Assembly (NCBI RefSeq): GCF_036321535.1
Contig: NC_087437.1
Location: 15,688,001-15,752,000 of the forward strand
Direction: 5' to 3'
From: Camelus dromedarius
Taxonomy: Eukaryota
DNA: 64,000 nt
Every line of letters begins with the position of its first letter. The first letter of the stretch is position 1. Positions 1 through 12,811 of this stretch are shown in pieces. Below the pieces are notes generated by a model. It was given only the letters and a program-made list of their open reading frames with translations. It was not told the DNA's origin and did no database searches. Made by a program: the position numbers and the translations under genes.

Positions 1-225
1 ACCAACTCTGAGAAGCCTTCCCTGACCACCCAAATTACCCTTTTATATTACATCATCCTGTTTTAATTTCCTGATTGTAATTTCCACTTATTAAAGTGCC
101 TTTGATCAATCAGAACACTGTAGCTCTGTGAGTGGTACCCTTGTCTGTCTTGCTTACTGCGGTGTCCCCAGGTCTAGACCTGTACCTGGCACACAGGAGA
201 GGTTTCATGTTACTGAATGAATGAA
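1..225 (+). mobile_element. L2 LINE 3' end
   Basis: Contains GAAGCCTTCCCTGACC and CCTGGCACACAG and ends in TGAATGAATGAA, typical of L2. Confidence 0.75.
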
Positions 226-859
226 CATCACTTAGAGCTTTCCCTCTGAAGGAGAATTTGCCTGCCCACTCCCCCCACCTTTCCCTCCAGCTCACCCTTT
301 GGTTTTAATGGTAACTGGTTTTCTGCCAAGATCTGGATGGATTGCAAGTCATAACTCCTGATTAACTAGGAACTCCTGGTTTCCTGGGAGGGTTGTTGCT
401 GGTGTAGAATCTCTGCTAACCTTCTGGGAACTGGTCAGAGAGGAGACATCAGCCGGCTGGGTTGGAGCCTAGAGTCTTTCCCTCCTCTGCACAAGGAAGA
501 GCCAGGAATATGGAGAATCTTAAGGATTTCTTCCTTCTGTCTTCCTCTAGTCTCAGTCAAGCCAGAGATACCATTTTTGGAGGAAAATGAAGAGACTTGG
601 CTTGACCCTATGGTGGGGGTGCTTCTTCAAGAGACTTCTGATTTTACTTGCATTCAAATGAATAAGTCTACAGAGGGGAAAAGATAATTGAATAAGGTCC
701 TTTTTCCCTTTAAGGGAGTGGAGAAGAATGCTTTGGGTGCTGTTTACACCTCACCCTGGCTGCTTTTAGATGACTAGAAAGAGCAAATTTCTACTCTTCC
801 GCTCAAGGTAATTTGACTTTAATTTTTCTTTCCAGCAATCCATCTTGCATACTGCAGCA

Positions 860-1330
860 GAATGATTGTTTCCTCAGATAAAGCTTTCTGTACTTTACTT
901 TGGATATTTTCTATTGACTTGTCTTTGGGTTTACTAATTCTTTCTTCAGCTGTGTCCTCTTTCTCTAACCTATTAGTCACAGCTATTTTAAAGTCTTCTA
1001 ACTTATTTCTATTATTTGGTTTTTCTTCTATTATCAATCACATTTTCTCTTCTTTTTGCACATCCAGTAATTTTTCATTACATGTTGGTCATTGTGCATA
1101 ATGGAACTGTAGAGCCTTTGGGTGATATCTTCAACCAGCAAGAATTCCTTCCTTTGTTTGTTAGGTAAGACTGTTGTCTCAATCCAACCAGGGATTGCGC
1201 TGGGTTAGAGATGGGTTGCAGCTTTAATAAGACTTAGCTCATCTTTAGTTCCTTCGGTGAAATCTATTTGAATTTTTGATTAAGAGATTACAGGCTCTCT
1301 AGCTTTTCAGCCCTGAAAGTTTTTCTTCTT
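860..1330 (-). mobile_element. Ancient L1M ORF1/5' fragment
   Basis: Minus-strand translation NRLEKEDTAEERISKPKDKSIENIQS resembles the L1 ORF1 coiled coil. Confidence 0.7.
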
Positions 1331-1342
1331 TGGAAGATGCAT

Positions 1343-1700
1343 CACAGGACCATCAAACTGTAGCTCCTAAGTCATATCTTGCCTATTGCCTGTTTTTGTA
1401 TCACCCACATGCTAAGAATGGTTTGTATAAATAAAACTTTACAATCAATTTGATGATAGGGAGTACTAACTTTGAATTGCTATTAAGTGAAATGTTATCT
1501 GTCCAAAAGGATTCTGTTTTTCTCATAAGTAGACCTGCACCACAAAAAAATCATATTAAATTAGTATTATTACATTTTGAATTTAGTAAAAAAAAAAATT
1601 GTGAAAACATGTTTTCCCTTTTGTTATTTAAGAACCTTTATAATATCCTCAGTTTGCTTCTTGGCCTGCAATGCAAGTATATAAAGATTTACTATAAAAT
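1343..1700 (+). mobile_element. MER58-like hAT-Charlie DNA transposon
   Basis: GCCTGTTTTTGTA...GCTAAGAATGGTTT and CTTCTTGGCCTGCAA resemble MER58B/C. Confidence 0.65.
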
Positions 1701-1959
1701 TTAATATATATAGTTATTTATAATAAATACTAAATAAAATATTTGCATAAAAATTTGGTGGCTTCTGGTATACCAGATAGAGTTTGTTCAGAACAGCAGA
1801 ACCAGTATGAATGACGTGGAATAATTATTATATGGGTTAGACCTTGTGCCATTGTGGGAGCTAGTGGGGAAGACCATGGAAGGCTGTTGCATCTGCTTCT
1901 AGCCACAGGCCTGAAGTTGCTTTTCACTGACTCAGGCAATTCCTCTCTGCCTGCACTTT

Positions 1960-2290
1960 CCCAAACATTGCATATTCTTTCAGGCCTGGGTGCTTCTGCC
2001 TCTTGAAATGCCTTTGTCTGAAGTGTCTTTACCTGACTTCCCACTTAAAGAGCATCAATTAATCCTGCAAATTCCAACTCAAGTGCTAAATTCTCTGTGC
2101 AGGTTTGAGTGCTATTTCCCCTGTGCTTCTGTCCTGCCATGTGCTTCTGTGCAGGTAGCTTTATAGTCTCCCTTTCTAGACTGGGGGAACTCCTGGAAGA
2201 GGGATCAGGCCATGTTCACGTCTGTGTCCCTAGCACCCAGGGCCACACCTGGCATCCACTAGGCATCTACACTTGCAGAATGAGAGGGAG
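1960..2290 (+). mobile_element. L2 fragment
   Basis: CTAGACTGGGGGAACTCCTGGAAG...TGTGTCCCTAGCACCCAG...CCTGGCA matches the L2 3' region. Confidence 0.65.
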
Positions 2291-5200
2291 AATAAAAGCA
2301 GGAAGAGAAAAAGAAAAAGACAGATAGAAAGAAAGAATTACATAAAAAAAGAAAAACAAAAAGAAAGAGAGAGAAAAAGTGACAGAAGCCCAGCTGAGAA
2401 GTGTTTCCCAGTTGAACCCAGAGATCGTTGTGATTAAGAGGCCTGCCAACCCAAACTCTGCCCATGGGAGGACGTTTTTACCAGAAGTCTTTCTCCCCTG
2501 GAGCCAGGGCTAGCCCACACCTGCTATTTGCAGGCGTCTGTTCCCAGTGCAACTTTCGGATGACCCAATCTGCCATCATGGTCCCTATGTGCTTTATTTG
2601 GACTAGCTGGACAAGCCAGGACTTGTTCATGAGCTGGAGACTTCTGCAAATAGTGTGTGGATCCCAGAATGGAAGGGCCACGGCTTGCTGGAGAGGTGGG
2701 GCCTGGCTGGAGTTTCTGAACCCTCTTTGAAGGGAGACAGCCTGGGGTCTGCCGGGTGCACAGAGGAGCAGCAGACTCAGTGCGGCCCTCCTCTGACATC
2801 CTAGGTCTCTCACCCAGTCTCCAAGAATCACGGGTCCCACACGAAATCTTCAGGGTCTGCCTAACTTTTCAGACCCCTTTATATTGAACACTTTAGCCAG
2901 CACGTAGGCAACTCTGGAAAAGCAAACAAAATCAAACAAAAATAGCCTTTCAGGGGCTGGGACACCCTCTCCTAATTCCTTTTGGATTTACTATGAGGCC
3001 TAAATGTGCAGAGCCTTAATGCACTCAGGGTTTGTTTGCAAGACTGATCCACTTTCTCTTTAGCTTGGAAGCACCTGACCAGCCTCCAACTGTCCTTCTC
3101 AGGACCTGAGTCTCTAGAGCAGATGGTGACAGCTCACCTGTACCTGGGCCTGACCCCCAATGGACAGCTCAAGCTATCCGCATGTGGGTGGTGGACACTG
3201 CTCCAGAGGGTACAGGTTCATGATGCTCATTGAGATGAACTGGAATTGATGGCCATTGAGTCCTCTTCTCACCATGGGCTGGAGCAGTGCTGAGGGTCCT
3301 CTGAGATGCTACTGGTGAGGTCAGGTCATCCTGGAGCATGAAAAGGGCTGTCACAAGAGGGCTGGTAGGGTTCCTCTGCCCTACACACCTCCTCATGGTC
3401 ACAAGGTCTTTTACTATCTAGAATGTATTTCTTCCCCCAGGGGCCATGCCAAAACGCAGATATGTACTCAGTGAGAGAGGGGTAGGTTAACCTAGGGCAG
3501 CCACTGATCCTTGGATGGCAGACAGGCCATACCCACAATGCCCTTGTCCCTGGAGGGCTCAGGGCAGACATCCTGAATCGACCCCAGCACTCTTGTTTGC
3601 CTAAACTCTGGCCACAGTCCTCCTCAAATGAGCACTCTCAGCAGCACTACCAATCAATCATGGTTGGCACCAGAAACGAAATCCATTAGCCATCCTTCCA
3701 TTAATCTTTTATCAGAGATTAATTTGTCTGATTGGTCAGGGATTTCCAACAGCAACGCTTTGCCTGCAGAGGCCAGGGCCCCCAAGGGAGTAGGCTGCGG
3801 AAAGGGGGATTTTCATTACCTTGACGGGTCATTGAGGGAATAATCAAGGAGTCTGGGAATTTCAAGGCTCAGTGTGACAGAAGTGGATGTGGGGAGCTCG
3901 GCGGTGAGGCCCCTCCAGGCTGGGGACGGCCCTCCTCTTTGCCTTGTTCTGCACAATCTAGCTGGCTGAACGTTTGTGCCTCTTACCCCACTGCAGCACA
4001 AACAAAGCTCTGGCAAACGTCTTCCATTTTGTACATTTAATTCCTAGATTATCAGGTTTTATGTTGCATTACATAGTCATCAATTGCCAAATATTTGTAT
4101 CTCTTGGAATTTCAGGGCATTGCCCTGAAATGTTGGGGACACATGCCCTCCTGCTGCCCTCTTTCCCCAGATGATAAGGTTTAAGAGAGTTGGACCTTGA
4201 CCACAGAAGGATGCTCAGGCACGATGATTCAGGGTGGGCTGGGGGACAGCTACACATGTGCGTGTGTGTATGCGTGTGTGTGTGCGTGCTTATGTACCTG
4301 TGTGTACTGGAGAGTCAGGAATAAAATGTATCCCACCTCAGTTACAGAGATAGTCTGAAATAACAGAAAGAATTCTTGGGAGCCCACAGAGCTGAGTTGG
4401 CAATTATTTATTATCTGTGTGATCTTAGTTGAGTTCTTCAGCCTCTCTGATTAAGAAAAGTAAGGTGTTTAGTGTGTGCCCAGCATTACTGGACTATGGT
4501 GATCAATTGATGACAGAGAAATAGATAATACATACAACTAGTTGGGACTGGGTATGAATTTGACCACAGGGTCTTTCTGTCTAAATTCATTTTTGTTCTA
4601 CTCCACTGCACGGGCCGCACCACGATTCCGAGTGAGGCTGGTTGGGAGAAGCAGGCATGATGCTGACACTAGTGTGGTGAGTGGGGTGAGGAGGTCTGGG
4701 GCTGGATGGGGTGGATGGCCCCAGGGCTGTTTTGAAGTCACAGGACTGGCCTCACAAACCCTGAAGCCCGGCACAGTGGGCCACCTGACGTTCATTTCAG
4801 GGATGTTTGTTTGTTAAAAATGAAGAGTTCTGCCACCACCAGGGAGAGGCCACATGCCATTTCCAACAAGAACACATCCACTCTTGACCTGGGAGTCTGC
4901 AGAGTCACCATGAGAAGCCCAGGCAGTGGGGGTTCTCTTGGAGCAAGTGACAATCATTTATAGCTTCAAAAGACGTTTTTACAAAAATAGCACTGTATTA
5001 AACCACAGTTTAATAATAATTCAAATAGTGCAATTAGGCTGACAGTGGATAAGATGGTCCCTGCCTTGCTTCCCCCCACCAGGTTACCATTCTCGAGACA
5101 CCCTTTCACCTGCTTCTTCTGTTTACCTCTCTCTGCGGTGATACACAATTGTACTTCAGTTTCTTGATTTTCCGGCATTAATATTATCTATTGACTTGTT

Positions 5201-5689
5201 ATTTCAAGATTAGGATTTAGCCTTTTTACACGCACACACACACACGCATGCACGGACACACTTTTACTCCTCGGCTCTCCCAATCTGTTTATGCCATAAG
5301 ATTTGATTAAATAAATACTCAGTGTCTGCTATACTATGGCTATAAAAATAATTGACAATTAAGCAACCTATTGTTCTACGATTATGTTTCCTTTCTTTAA
5401 CAACGTACTGTTTATTGTTTTCCGGGAGGGTTAGGAAATGGGATAATTGCCTCATTTTTTATTTGCTTTAACTTCATGTCTCTAGCACTAATTTTCCAAG
5501 CTCTTTTCCAAACCAGCTGGTGTCTATCGGCTTCACGTTTGCCTGGGGACATCGAACCTGGACTCCTCCATCGCTCCTGGTTTCTCTCTGGTCCTTCTGA
5601 ATACCTGTGACTGTCATCCTGTGACCTCCCTTCACTGTCATCTCAGCAACTCTTCTCTCCTGGATCCCATTTCTTTCTCTTTCTTTAAT

Positions 5690-5835
5690 TTAACTTTAGT
5701 TTAATTTAATTTGATTTGATTTTTTAATTGAAGTATAGTCAGTTACAGTGTATCAATTTCCAGCTTACAGCTTAATGTTTCAGTCATACATATACATACA
5801 TATATCCGTTTTCATATTCTTTTTCATTATAGACT
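5690..5835 (-). mobile_element. Short 5'-truncated L1 3' end
   Basis: TTTTTAATTGAAGTATAGTCAGTTACA matches the start of the L1 at ~12830. Near-TSD TTTCTTTCTCTT / TTTCTTTTTCTT. Confidence 0.85.
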
Positions 5836-5899
5836 GGTTTCTTTTTCTTAGTTTATCCTCTTGGTTGGTGAATCATGATCTCCCGTGGCTTCCTGAGAA

Positions 5900-6900
5900 A
5901 GGGTGCGTGATCCCAAGGCCTGGAATACCTGTTGAATTTTTGGAAATGTCTTAACTGGCACCTGATTAATAATTTGACCATTTATGGAGTTCTATTTACA
6001 CATCATTTTCCCTCATTGTTATAAGGGAACTGTATCGTTGTCTTTAATGCACTGTTAGCAGTTTCTGTTTAGAGGTCTGATGCTACTCTCATTCCTGATC
6101 ACTTATATGTGACTTTTATTTGTTTCTCTCTGGAATCTGGCCCCAGTGTTCTGAAACTTCATGATGATGTGCCTTGGGGAGTGTTGGCTTTATTTTTTTC
6201 ATCCTTCCATTGTGGTGGACACTTAATAGGCCCTTTCAAAGGAGAAACTCATGTCCTTCGGTCCTGGGAAATTGTTATTTTTCCATTTTTTTTTTTTTTG
6301 AGTAGGATAGGTAATTAGGTTTATTTACTTCTTTATTCTTGGAGGAGGTACTGGGGATTGAACCTGGGACCTCGTGCGTGCTAAGCATGTGCTCTACCAC
6401 TTGAGCTATGCCCACCCCCAGTCCCAGGAAATTTTCTTGTGTCATTTCTTTGATAATTCCCTCCCCTCTCATTCCACTGTTTGATCTTTCTGCAACAACT
6501 TTTTTGGACTTTGGAACGCATGAACTGATTATTTTATTCCTTATCTGTTGTCCCTAATTGTCTTTTTTTTTTTAAATTTCTAACTTCTGGTGAATTTTCT
6601 TAACTTTATCTTCTGCTTTTTAAATTGAATTTTAAAATAATCAATTTTTAAAAATTTTATAAAACTCTCATTCCCTCATCCCTCCTCAAATACGACATTA
6701 TTTCTTACATGCTTATGTATTTTCTCTCTCTCTAAATATTTATCTTAAAATTTTTTCTTTCTTCTAAATTCTGTTTTTTCAAGTTTTTAAATTTTCTTTT
6801 TTTTGCTTCAGTTTGTTTATAGTTATTTGATCTGGTCTCGACTTTTAGCATCCTTGGCAATCTGCTCACTTTTAAGAGGATGCATAAGGCTTGGTGACTG
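5900..6900 (-). mobile_element. Ancient L1ME/HAL1-like ORF1 region, interrupted by a SINE
   Basis: Minus-strand translation GIIKEMTQENFL resembles the ORF1 IIxENFP motif. The plus strand is T-rich. Confidence 0.6.
6277..6419 (-). mobile_element. tRNA-Ala-derived SINE (vic-1-like)
   Basis: Reverse complement reads GGGGGTGGGCATAGCTCAAGTGGTAGAGCACATGCTTAGCACGCACGAGGTCCCAGGTTCAATCCCCAGTACCTCC plus an A-rich tail. Degenerate TSD GTCCTGGGAAATT / GTCCCAGGAAATT. Confidence 0.9.
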
Positions 6901-7194
6901 GTCTTTTATTGTAGGGAGATCAGGCAGGGAGTCGGATATCTGGTTGGGAGAACTCAAATTATAGTCTGTTTTCTCTTGGGGAAGTTTTTTTTAGTTTCCA
7001 GAATACTCTCCAGTTTCCTGCCTGGATATAAACCTGGCCATCAGCAGCCTGGGAGCCAAGTGGAGTAGGGAGAGGGCTGGGACTTTCAGAATGAGGTCTC
7101 ACCCCTACCCCTCATCACCTCTGGCATCTTCCCATCCAAAGCATGTCAGATTCAGCTTCTCTGGAGCAAACCCCTCCAGTTTCATGTCTGTGCA

Positions 7195-7873
7195 GAACAG
7201 GAAGGGGATCTATGTCCGGATCAGTCAGGGTAGGTTGCGGTTACAACACGGAAATCTCAGTGACTTAACAAACGTTTACTTCTCACTCACCAGGATCGCA
7301 CACTTGGACAGTTCCTTCTCCTCCAAGACCTAGGCCTGGGCTCCTGAGGAAGGACTTGGAGCAGCCATTCCTTCCTCTTCCTCTTGGCCGAGTCCCATTT
7401 GTATTGGAATGTCCACTCCTGTACCAGGTAACTCAGGCATCCATCCAACTAAGCCAGTCTCATCAAATCATTCTCCCTTCCCCTTGCCAGCAGTTGGTTT
7501 GGGGGTGGTTTAGGGATGGGCATGTCACCTATTTCCAGCCAATGAGACATGAAGGGATGTCTGCTGGAAAAGGACTCTTCATTCTGAAATAGGAGATACC
7601 TGGAAGAAATAGCCCCTCTTCTTGTCTGATCATGAAGCCAGCAACTATGGCTTTCAGCTTGTGACTGTGAGGGAGCTGGTCTCCCAGCAGGGAGGGGTAT
7701 ACTGAGAATGGCTGAGAGGAGGGAAGGAGAGAACCGGGGTCCTTGACTGCACCATGGAAACTACTGCATTAACCCTTCGCACAGCCTCCGTACTGGGATC
7801 CCCCATTACACGAGGTGATAGATATTACCTGTCATCTCATTTGTTCTTGCGCCTGGAAGCCTCCTAACTGACA
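7195..7873. mobile_element. MaLR MLT1J/K-like LTR fragments (minus piece ~7195-7320, plus piece ~7480-7873)
   Basis: AATCTCAGTGACTTAACAAAC; GGGCATGTCACC...CCAATGAGACATGAAGG; terminus CCTAACTGACA. Confidence 0.6.
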
Positions 7874-8029
7874 GAGTAAGAATCCTTGGGGGTGAGTAAA
7901 CGGTAGCCGTAGCCTCCGGGTCCTGGATGTGGAAGTTAGGCACAGGGGCTAAGCCGGGTGCAGGCTTGATCTGGGGAGTGAGAAGTCCTGGGCCACACAG
8001 TCAGAGCCAGACAAGGGGTGAGAGTGTGG

Positions 8030-8225
8030 GGTGGTGGTGCCTAGTGGTTAGGGCTCATGCTCGGGAATCCAGGCTCCGGCACTTGCTTGCCAGGTGGACT
8101 TGGTGAGCCTAGACCTGGTTTCCTCATTTGTGAAATGAAAGTGATCATGGTAACTTCCTTGTAGGGTTGTTGAGATGGTCCAATGAGATAACACCTGTTA
8201 AGAGCTCAGGACCGTGCCTGCACCG
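8030..8225 (+). mobile_element. MIR SINE
   Basis: Core GTTTCCTCATTTGTGAAATG...GGGTTGTTGAGA...ATGAGATAA. Confidence 0.75.
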
Positions 8226-8475
8226 AGCCAGAGCGAGGGCTCGTGGCTCTCAGAGGCTGGATGCGCTGAGTGCGGAGCTAGGGCGCCATCACATCCTCTG
8301 TGTAAAAGATGCTGAGCCCCAGAGCCGGGGTGCAGCTGGGGCTGAACCAAGCGGACGCCAGCCGCAGAGAAAGCACGTTCTCCCAAAGGCGTTAGGAAGG
8401 AGTCTTTTAACAATTTGAAATATCGCCAGCCTGGGGGAAGTCAGAATTTTGAAGATAATGAATAACATATGAGAC

Positions 8476-8660
8476 CAATGGTTCTCAAACTTATGCACGC
8501 ATCAGAATCATCTAGATGGCTTGTGAAGCATAATTTGCTGGGCTCCATCCCAAAGTTTCTGATTCAGTACGTTTGGGTGAGCTTGCATATTTGCATGTCT
8601 AGGAAGTTCCTAGATGATGACAATACTGCTAGCCTGGGGGCCACAGTTAGAGGATTGCTC
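8476..8660. mobile_element. MER5A hAT-Charlie MITE
   Basis: CAATGGTTCTCAAACTT...GCATCAGAATCA...TTTCTGATTCAGT...TTTGCAT. Confidence 0.85.
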
Positions 8661-11600
8661 TATTAGAGGAGGAGGAGAGAGAGCCAGAGCATGAGGGAAA
8701 ATTGCTTGAGGTTGATGTCTTTTTAAAATTTATTTTAGAAAAAATTATGTTATTATGGAAAAATGTGAACATGCTTAAAATAGGGAGCCTTCAGGTACCC
8801 ATCACTCAGCTTCGACATGCACTCACTCATGTCGCATCCTGTGTCCTCGGATGTCCTCTCTCCCCATAGCACCAGCACAGGCCCTGGCCCCATCTCAGGC
8901 TGGCTCCCAGGGCTCAGAAAGAGGCCACATCTTTGGGGTCCAGCTGCAGAGAGGAATGCCTAAGTCAAACTGATTCTGAAAAGAGTCATAGCTGGGCGTT
9001 TTCCCATACCCCTCTGCCAGCCTCAAACATTTCCCACCCCCACCACAGGCAAGCAGCTGAGGCAGTACCTGGCTATCCCTGGCCAGCTGCTCAGTGGGAC
9101 TGTAACCACTAGTCTGAAGACTAGCTCTCGTCCGAACAAGCCGGACCCACGCTGTTCAGTCATTCCCTCAACTACGCTGTGCCTGTTTCTGCCGGGTGCT
9201 GGGGGGAGGGGGGACTGCAGTGAATAAGACCCACTCCAGTGCAGGAAGAGGCCACTAAACTGGTGACCATCAGATGACAGGCTCATGCCCAGGGAAGAAG
9301 CTAATGCAGAAAGTGTCATGGGAGCACAGAGGAGGATGCCACAACCCCAGCTGGGGAGGCGGGAAGTCCGGGGAAATCTTCCTGCCTTGCTGATGCAGAA
9401 GCAAGTCCTCAGGGCTGCAGAGGGGACACCCTGGCCACCCTTGTTGATGGGCTGTCTGTCTCTCGATGTTAGAGTTATCCCGATTCTTTCTGGCTCACAG
9501 GTCCTTCCTGTAATTTGCACGCATGCTCCCCGTCCAACTGGGAGGACCCTGCTGTCCTTCCCCCTCCACGCTGAGCCTGAGCTGGCTGCAGCCTCTCTTG
9601 TGTGAGCCCACATGGAGGCCGATGCTGGGTAGCATTGTTGGGGCTTGGTGGGGGCCTTCTGGGCAACGGGTTAGAGGTCAGCTGCTCCCCAGACTCAGCA
9701 GCGTCACAGCTCCCTGTTCCGAATTTCCTCTCTTCTCAAGCAGAGTCATCAGTGATGAATCACACTCCTCTCAGCTCCAGGAGTTTTCCCTTCTCCTGGT
9801 TCATGTATGGTTCATGGCTGATTCTGGGATTGTCTGCTCTGTGTACGACAGACATGGAGAAGGGCTGCTCATGTGCATGTTCAGGATTGAGATTGATGCC
9901 AGGAGGGCTGGGCAGCCAGGAAAGGGGTTTTTCTCTCTCTGGAGAGCAGTGGGGGACAGACACACCCCAGAGGGCCTTGCTTACTTAAAGGGATCCTGGT
10001 ATCCCACAGGGAGCCAGATGGGGAGGGATGGATGGAAGCACCCAACCAATGCTCTGCAAATTTCCTCTTTACAAAAATGTCTGTTTCCCAATCCTCTGAT
10101 CTCACTAGGGCCCTTTGTTCAAGATCTCTCCTCCCATGACTAGATACAATCCCAGCAATTTATCATCCTCCTTATATTTAATTAAATTTCTGTCCCCTAT
10201 TTAATATTTTCAATTAAGCTCCTAAAGCCAGATCTCACTTATAGATCTAAGTTTTATATTGTAGGTTCTTTCAAAGGCTTTGTCAAGGGAGTTATTTTTT
10301 ATTACTGTTAATCCCATACAATAAATAACATCAACTCCAATAATGCTACACTCGATACTTTCCCCCGACGCCCGTCTCCTTCCACATTTATTATTGACTC
10401 AATTTATGTTCCTTTAAATCTGTTTCAGTCTGGGTGGCAATACTCTCATTTACTGACTGATCAATTTGAATTTGTTTTATAAGATTCCATTAATTACTGT
10501 GTCCAGTTCCTTTGCAGACCCTGCAACCTTGCATCCCTTCGGTCCCTTTGAACTCCCTCCAGTCCCTCTGGCTGCACATTTTCATGGGAATGGTGTCTTT
10601 GTTAGCCTGCTGACCCCTCAGGTGCTTATGTTATCAGTTGTTTTCAGCCTTATTCTTGGCCAAAAAGCAGGTGGCTGAGTCGCAGGTGTCCCGGCTCTTC
10701 CTGACACCCTAGTCCTCTAGGTCTGGCCCCTTCCCTGGTGAATCTCCTGGAGACCCCGCAGGGAAGGAGACGTGAGGTGCAGAGGGGGGTCAGTCCCTGA
10801 GCAGGGGTACGTGGGACTCGTGTGCAAATGCATTTGTGCATAGCTGGGATTTCCTACAGTCAGCCCAGTCTGCCGTCCTCATGGCCCCCACCCGTGGGTG
10901 GAGCGTGGGCACACTGGCAGGAGCCTCCCTCTCCCATAGCCCTGAGGTCCAGAGGACATCTGAGTTTTGGTGAATTTCTTCCTTTTCCTTAATCCAAATC
11001 CCTCTCCTGTCTTCAGAGTCATGCTTAACAGCCCCCAGCCTCCTCTGCCTCTATCATTTAGAAAGACAGTTAGTTACTCTGTACTGCCTGATGCCCGGCC
11101 GCTTTCCATCCTTTCAGCCAGCTGCTTACTTACAGGGAGAACACAAAGGCTGGGCACCCAAATCTTTTCTGCGAGACTCAGGTGCAGGAGGAGGGAGACA
11201 CATGATAAATTCGGGGTGGGGCTAGGGGAGCACCAGGTTCCGAAGGTGCCGTCCACAGACTTACTGAAAGCAGCCTGTGACTGCCCTCCTGGCCATGGGT
11301 ATTTGGAAAAGCAATGCGATTTAGACGAGGGCTGGCCTATTGTCTGGAGCAAAACAGGAACTGGTCCAATGACCTTCCTCTTCTAGGACTTGAGAAGGGA
11401 CAGTGAAAGGCAAACCGGTTGGTGCCGTATAAAGACCAAAACATGTGGCCAGTGGTGATGGCAAACATGAGTGATGGCAGAGTGCTGGGGAGGCTGTGTG
11501 AACTCTTGTTGCTGGGGTCTCGGTAGGTTTCCAGCTTCTGTGAGGCCTGCTGGCTGGCAGCGATTCCTGTCCCAGAACCACTCCCCACCCTGCCACCCCG

Positions 11601-12189
11601 CCCCGCCAAGCACTGCTATGTTCTCACAGTGTCAGCCCTGCTACACACACACACGTGTCTTTTTCTTTAGTTAGCTTGAGTGATCTTATTTTCTGGCAAA
11701 ACAAAACACCTCACCTTGACTGAGGGGTGACTTGCTAATGAGAACTACCTGTAGAAGACATGAAAACACTCTTCTGAAGCCTCATTCCAGCATGTCCTTG
11801 GAAAGAGTGTCTTTAATTAGGGTGAAGACAGAGGTCAAGCCGAACGACAGAGAGTGAGTGCACATCCAGGCCACAAGGCTGGTTTAAGAGGGAAGACAAA
11901 AGGAAATAAGACTGCTTCCAAAAGGGCCTGAAAAGGTCTGTGCAATATGAATTAGGAGGCCTCTTTATGATGAAAGGTATTTTGAGGCAGAAGCAAGTGC
12001 CCGAGAGGAAGGATGAATGCCATGGAGAGCCACCTTACAAGAGAGGTGATCGTGCAAGACTTGACTCCCATCCAGAGCTCCCTACTGGGCAGGGTGATGG
12101 GGGTCATTCAGCCTCTGCCTAGATGTCTCCAGAGCTGGGGAGCTCTCTCCTTCCTACTTTCCCAGAGGAACCTCTAACCTGCAGGCAGT

Positions 12190-12685
12190 TGGAAATCTGT
12201 TGGTCTCCCTGACAAACTTCTAGTGTCCCTTTTCCTGGAAAGAGCATCTGGGTTATTCTTCCTTTGGAGAACCACCCCTCCTCCAGTCCCAGTCCTTGTG
12301 GTTTGGGCAGGACTGACCTGGTCCTCAGCTTTGGTGGTGGGCATGTGATCCAGGCCTGCTGCATCAGCCTGTTTCACACTCTGGCTGTGATGACTGGCTC
12401 AGAAATGGGCCTGTGCCCAAACTGTCCAATGAAAGTCAACCCTGAGAGTTTTGACAGAGCCCTTGGAAAGGAGACATATTCATTCTCGTGGTTGTTAAAC
12501 TGATAGGATCTGAGTCTGGTGCTTCTAGTGACTGTTTTGCCACCACAGAAAGAGAATATGTCCAAAAATGAAGCCAATATAGAGAAAAACAGTGTGGAAT
12601 GATGGAGTACCTGAGACCTATTTCTGGACTTTCCATGTGGCTGAAGCCAATTTGTGTTTGGTTCCTGAGTCCTGAATGATACCGG
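12190..12685 (+). mobile_element. MaLR MLT1K/L-like LTR
   Basis: GGGCATGTGATCCAGGCC...CCAATGAAAGTCAACCCTG; ends GAGTCCTGAATGATAC. Confidence 0.6.
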
Positions 12686-12811
12686 AAGCTTTGAATTATT
12701 AGAATTATATTACTTCTTTATTTATTGGGGTGACAATCTTCCTTTCTTGATCTTTGTTCTGCCCTCTGTGTCACATAGAAAACATCCATTTCCTCTTTTA
12801 CAATAGCCCTT

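Noticed and set aside
6342..6419. Apparent tRNA-Ala(AGC) gene (also 23976-24050)
   Set aside because: The A-rich tail, TSD and multiple diverged copies show it is a SINE head, not a tRNA gene.
9023..10143. Overlapping ~200-aa ORFs on both strands
   Set aside because: Mutually overlapping frames in GC-rich DNA without any protein motif.
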